The notes beneath the pieces were generated by a model. That model saw only the letters and a program-made list of their open reading frames with translations, had not been told where the DNA came from and did no database searches. Below are positions 63,096 to 64,000 of a stretch of DNA of 64,000 nt, in pieces. This DNA is from Podarcis vaucheri (lineage: Eukaryota). The stretch lies in the NCBI GenBank assembly GCA_965113315.1, contig OZ220368.1; one strand, written 5' to 3'. A program made the position numbers and the translations under genes. Position 1 is the stretch's first letter, and each line of letters begins with the position of its first letter.

Positions 63096-63437
63096 GGGAC
63101 GCGGGTGGCGCTGTGGGTTAAACCACAGAGCCTAGGGCTTGCCTATCTGAAGGTGGGCGGTTTGAATCCCCACGAGCTCCCGTTGTTTGGTCCCTGCTCC
63201 TGCCAACCTAGCAGTTCGAAAGCACATTAAAGTGCAAGTAGATAAATAGGTACCGCTCCGGCGGGAAGGTAAACGGCGTTTCTGTGCGCTGCTCTGGTTC
63301 GCCAGAAGCGGCTTGGTCATGCTGGCCACATGACCCAGAAGCTGTACGCCGGCTCCCTCGGCCAGTAAAGCGAGATGAGCGCTGCAACCCCAGAGTCGGT
63401 CACGACTAGACCTAATGGTCAGGGGTCCCTTTACCTT
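63096..63437 (+). mobile_element. Sauria SINE
   Basis: GGGACGCGGGTGGCGCTGTGGGTTAAACCAC head and ccctttaccttt tail. TSD tagggagcctgtg (63081-63093) / tagggaacctgtg (63438-63450), one mismatch. Confidence 0.92.
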
Positions 63438-64000
63438 TAGGGAACCTGTGTCCCTCCAGATCATTGGACCCCAAAGCCCTGCTGGATCAGGCCAAATGCC
63501 CATGTGGGCCAGCATCTTATTCTCACATTGGTGAGCAAGTTACCTATAGGAAACCATCCAGCAGGAATGGGAGTGCAATAGAGTGCTCCTCACTTGATGA
63601 GACTCCCATCAGCCTCAGCCAACAAGGCCAGCGGTTAGGAAGGATGGCAGTTATAGTCCAGCAACATCTGGCTGCCCCCTTGGCAACCCCTGTTTTACCA
63701 ACAAGGCACAAGATTATTGCTGGCTTCTTTTTGCAAACTGCTTTGAGGGCTCTTTTTTAAAAAACAAAAACACCCCCCCAAACCACAAACCAAGTCAAGC
63801 CGTATATACATTTTAAGAAATAAAATATTGGGGGGGGGGGTATACAAATCTGGCCTCTAAAAAGTCAGAGCATTCAGTATGACCTTGGGCAAGTCAACAT
63901 CTACTGCACAGGGCTATTACAGTGAGTTAAGGGAAGCCACACAGGCACCTTGACCTCCGTGGAGAAAGCGAGAGTTAAAAATAGAATGAATGAACAAGAA

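Overview
Vertebrate genomic DNA from a squamate, most likely a lacertid lizard, judged from Sauria SINEs, tRNA-head/CR1-tail SINEs and the CR1/L2 repeat complement. Two genes lie tail-to-tail. The last coding exon and 3' UTR of the homeobox co-repressor TGIF2 are on the + strand (2770-~6735). The 3' half of the postsynaptic scaffold gene DLGAP4/SAPAP4 is on the - strand. Six constitutive-looking DLGAP4 coding exons (20539 to 13093) splice in frame to a 31-nt coding first exon ([10 protein letters not shown]) in a CpG island at ~61-62 kb, across a 40.5-kb intron. This gives a complete 452-aa short isoform that lacks the PSD-95-binding repeats. A second CpG island at ~46 kb has an ATG exon with a strong phase-0 donor. 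That exon only reaches the DLGAP4 frame through a 22-nt microexon candidate at 34733-34754, and the same microexon would be a poison exon for the other isoforms. This promoter-coupled microexon hypothesis is the most interesting item here; it is inferred from splice signals and frame only. The rest is intron or intergenic sequence with Sauria SINEs, young CR1 3' ends, old L2 fragments, hAT and Tc1/mariner-type MITEs (several with verifiable target-site duplications and hairpins), and a 130-N gap. No rRNA, tRNA gene, CRISPR or prokaryotic features were found. Homology calls come from recall of the protein families, not from a database search.
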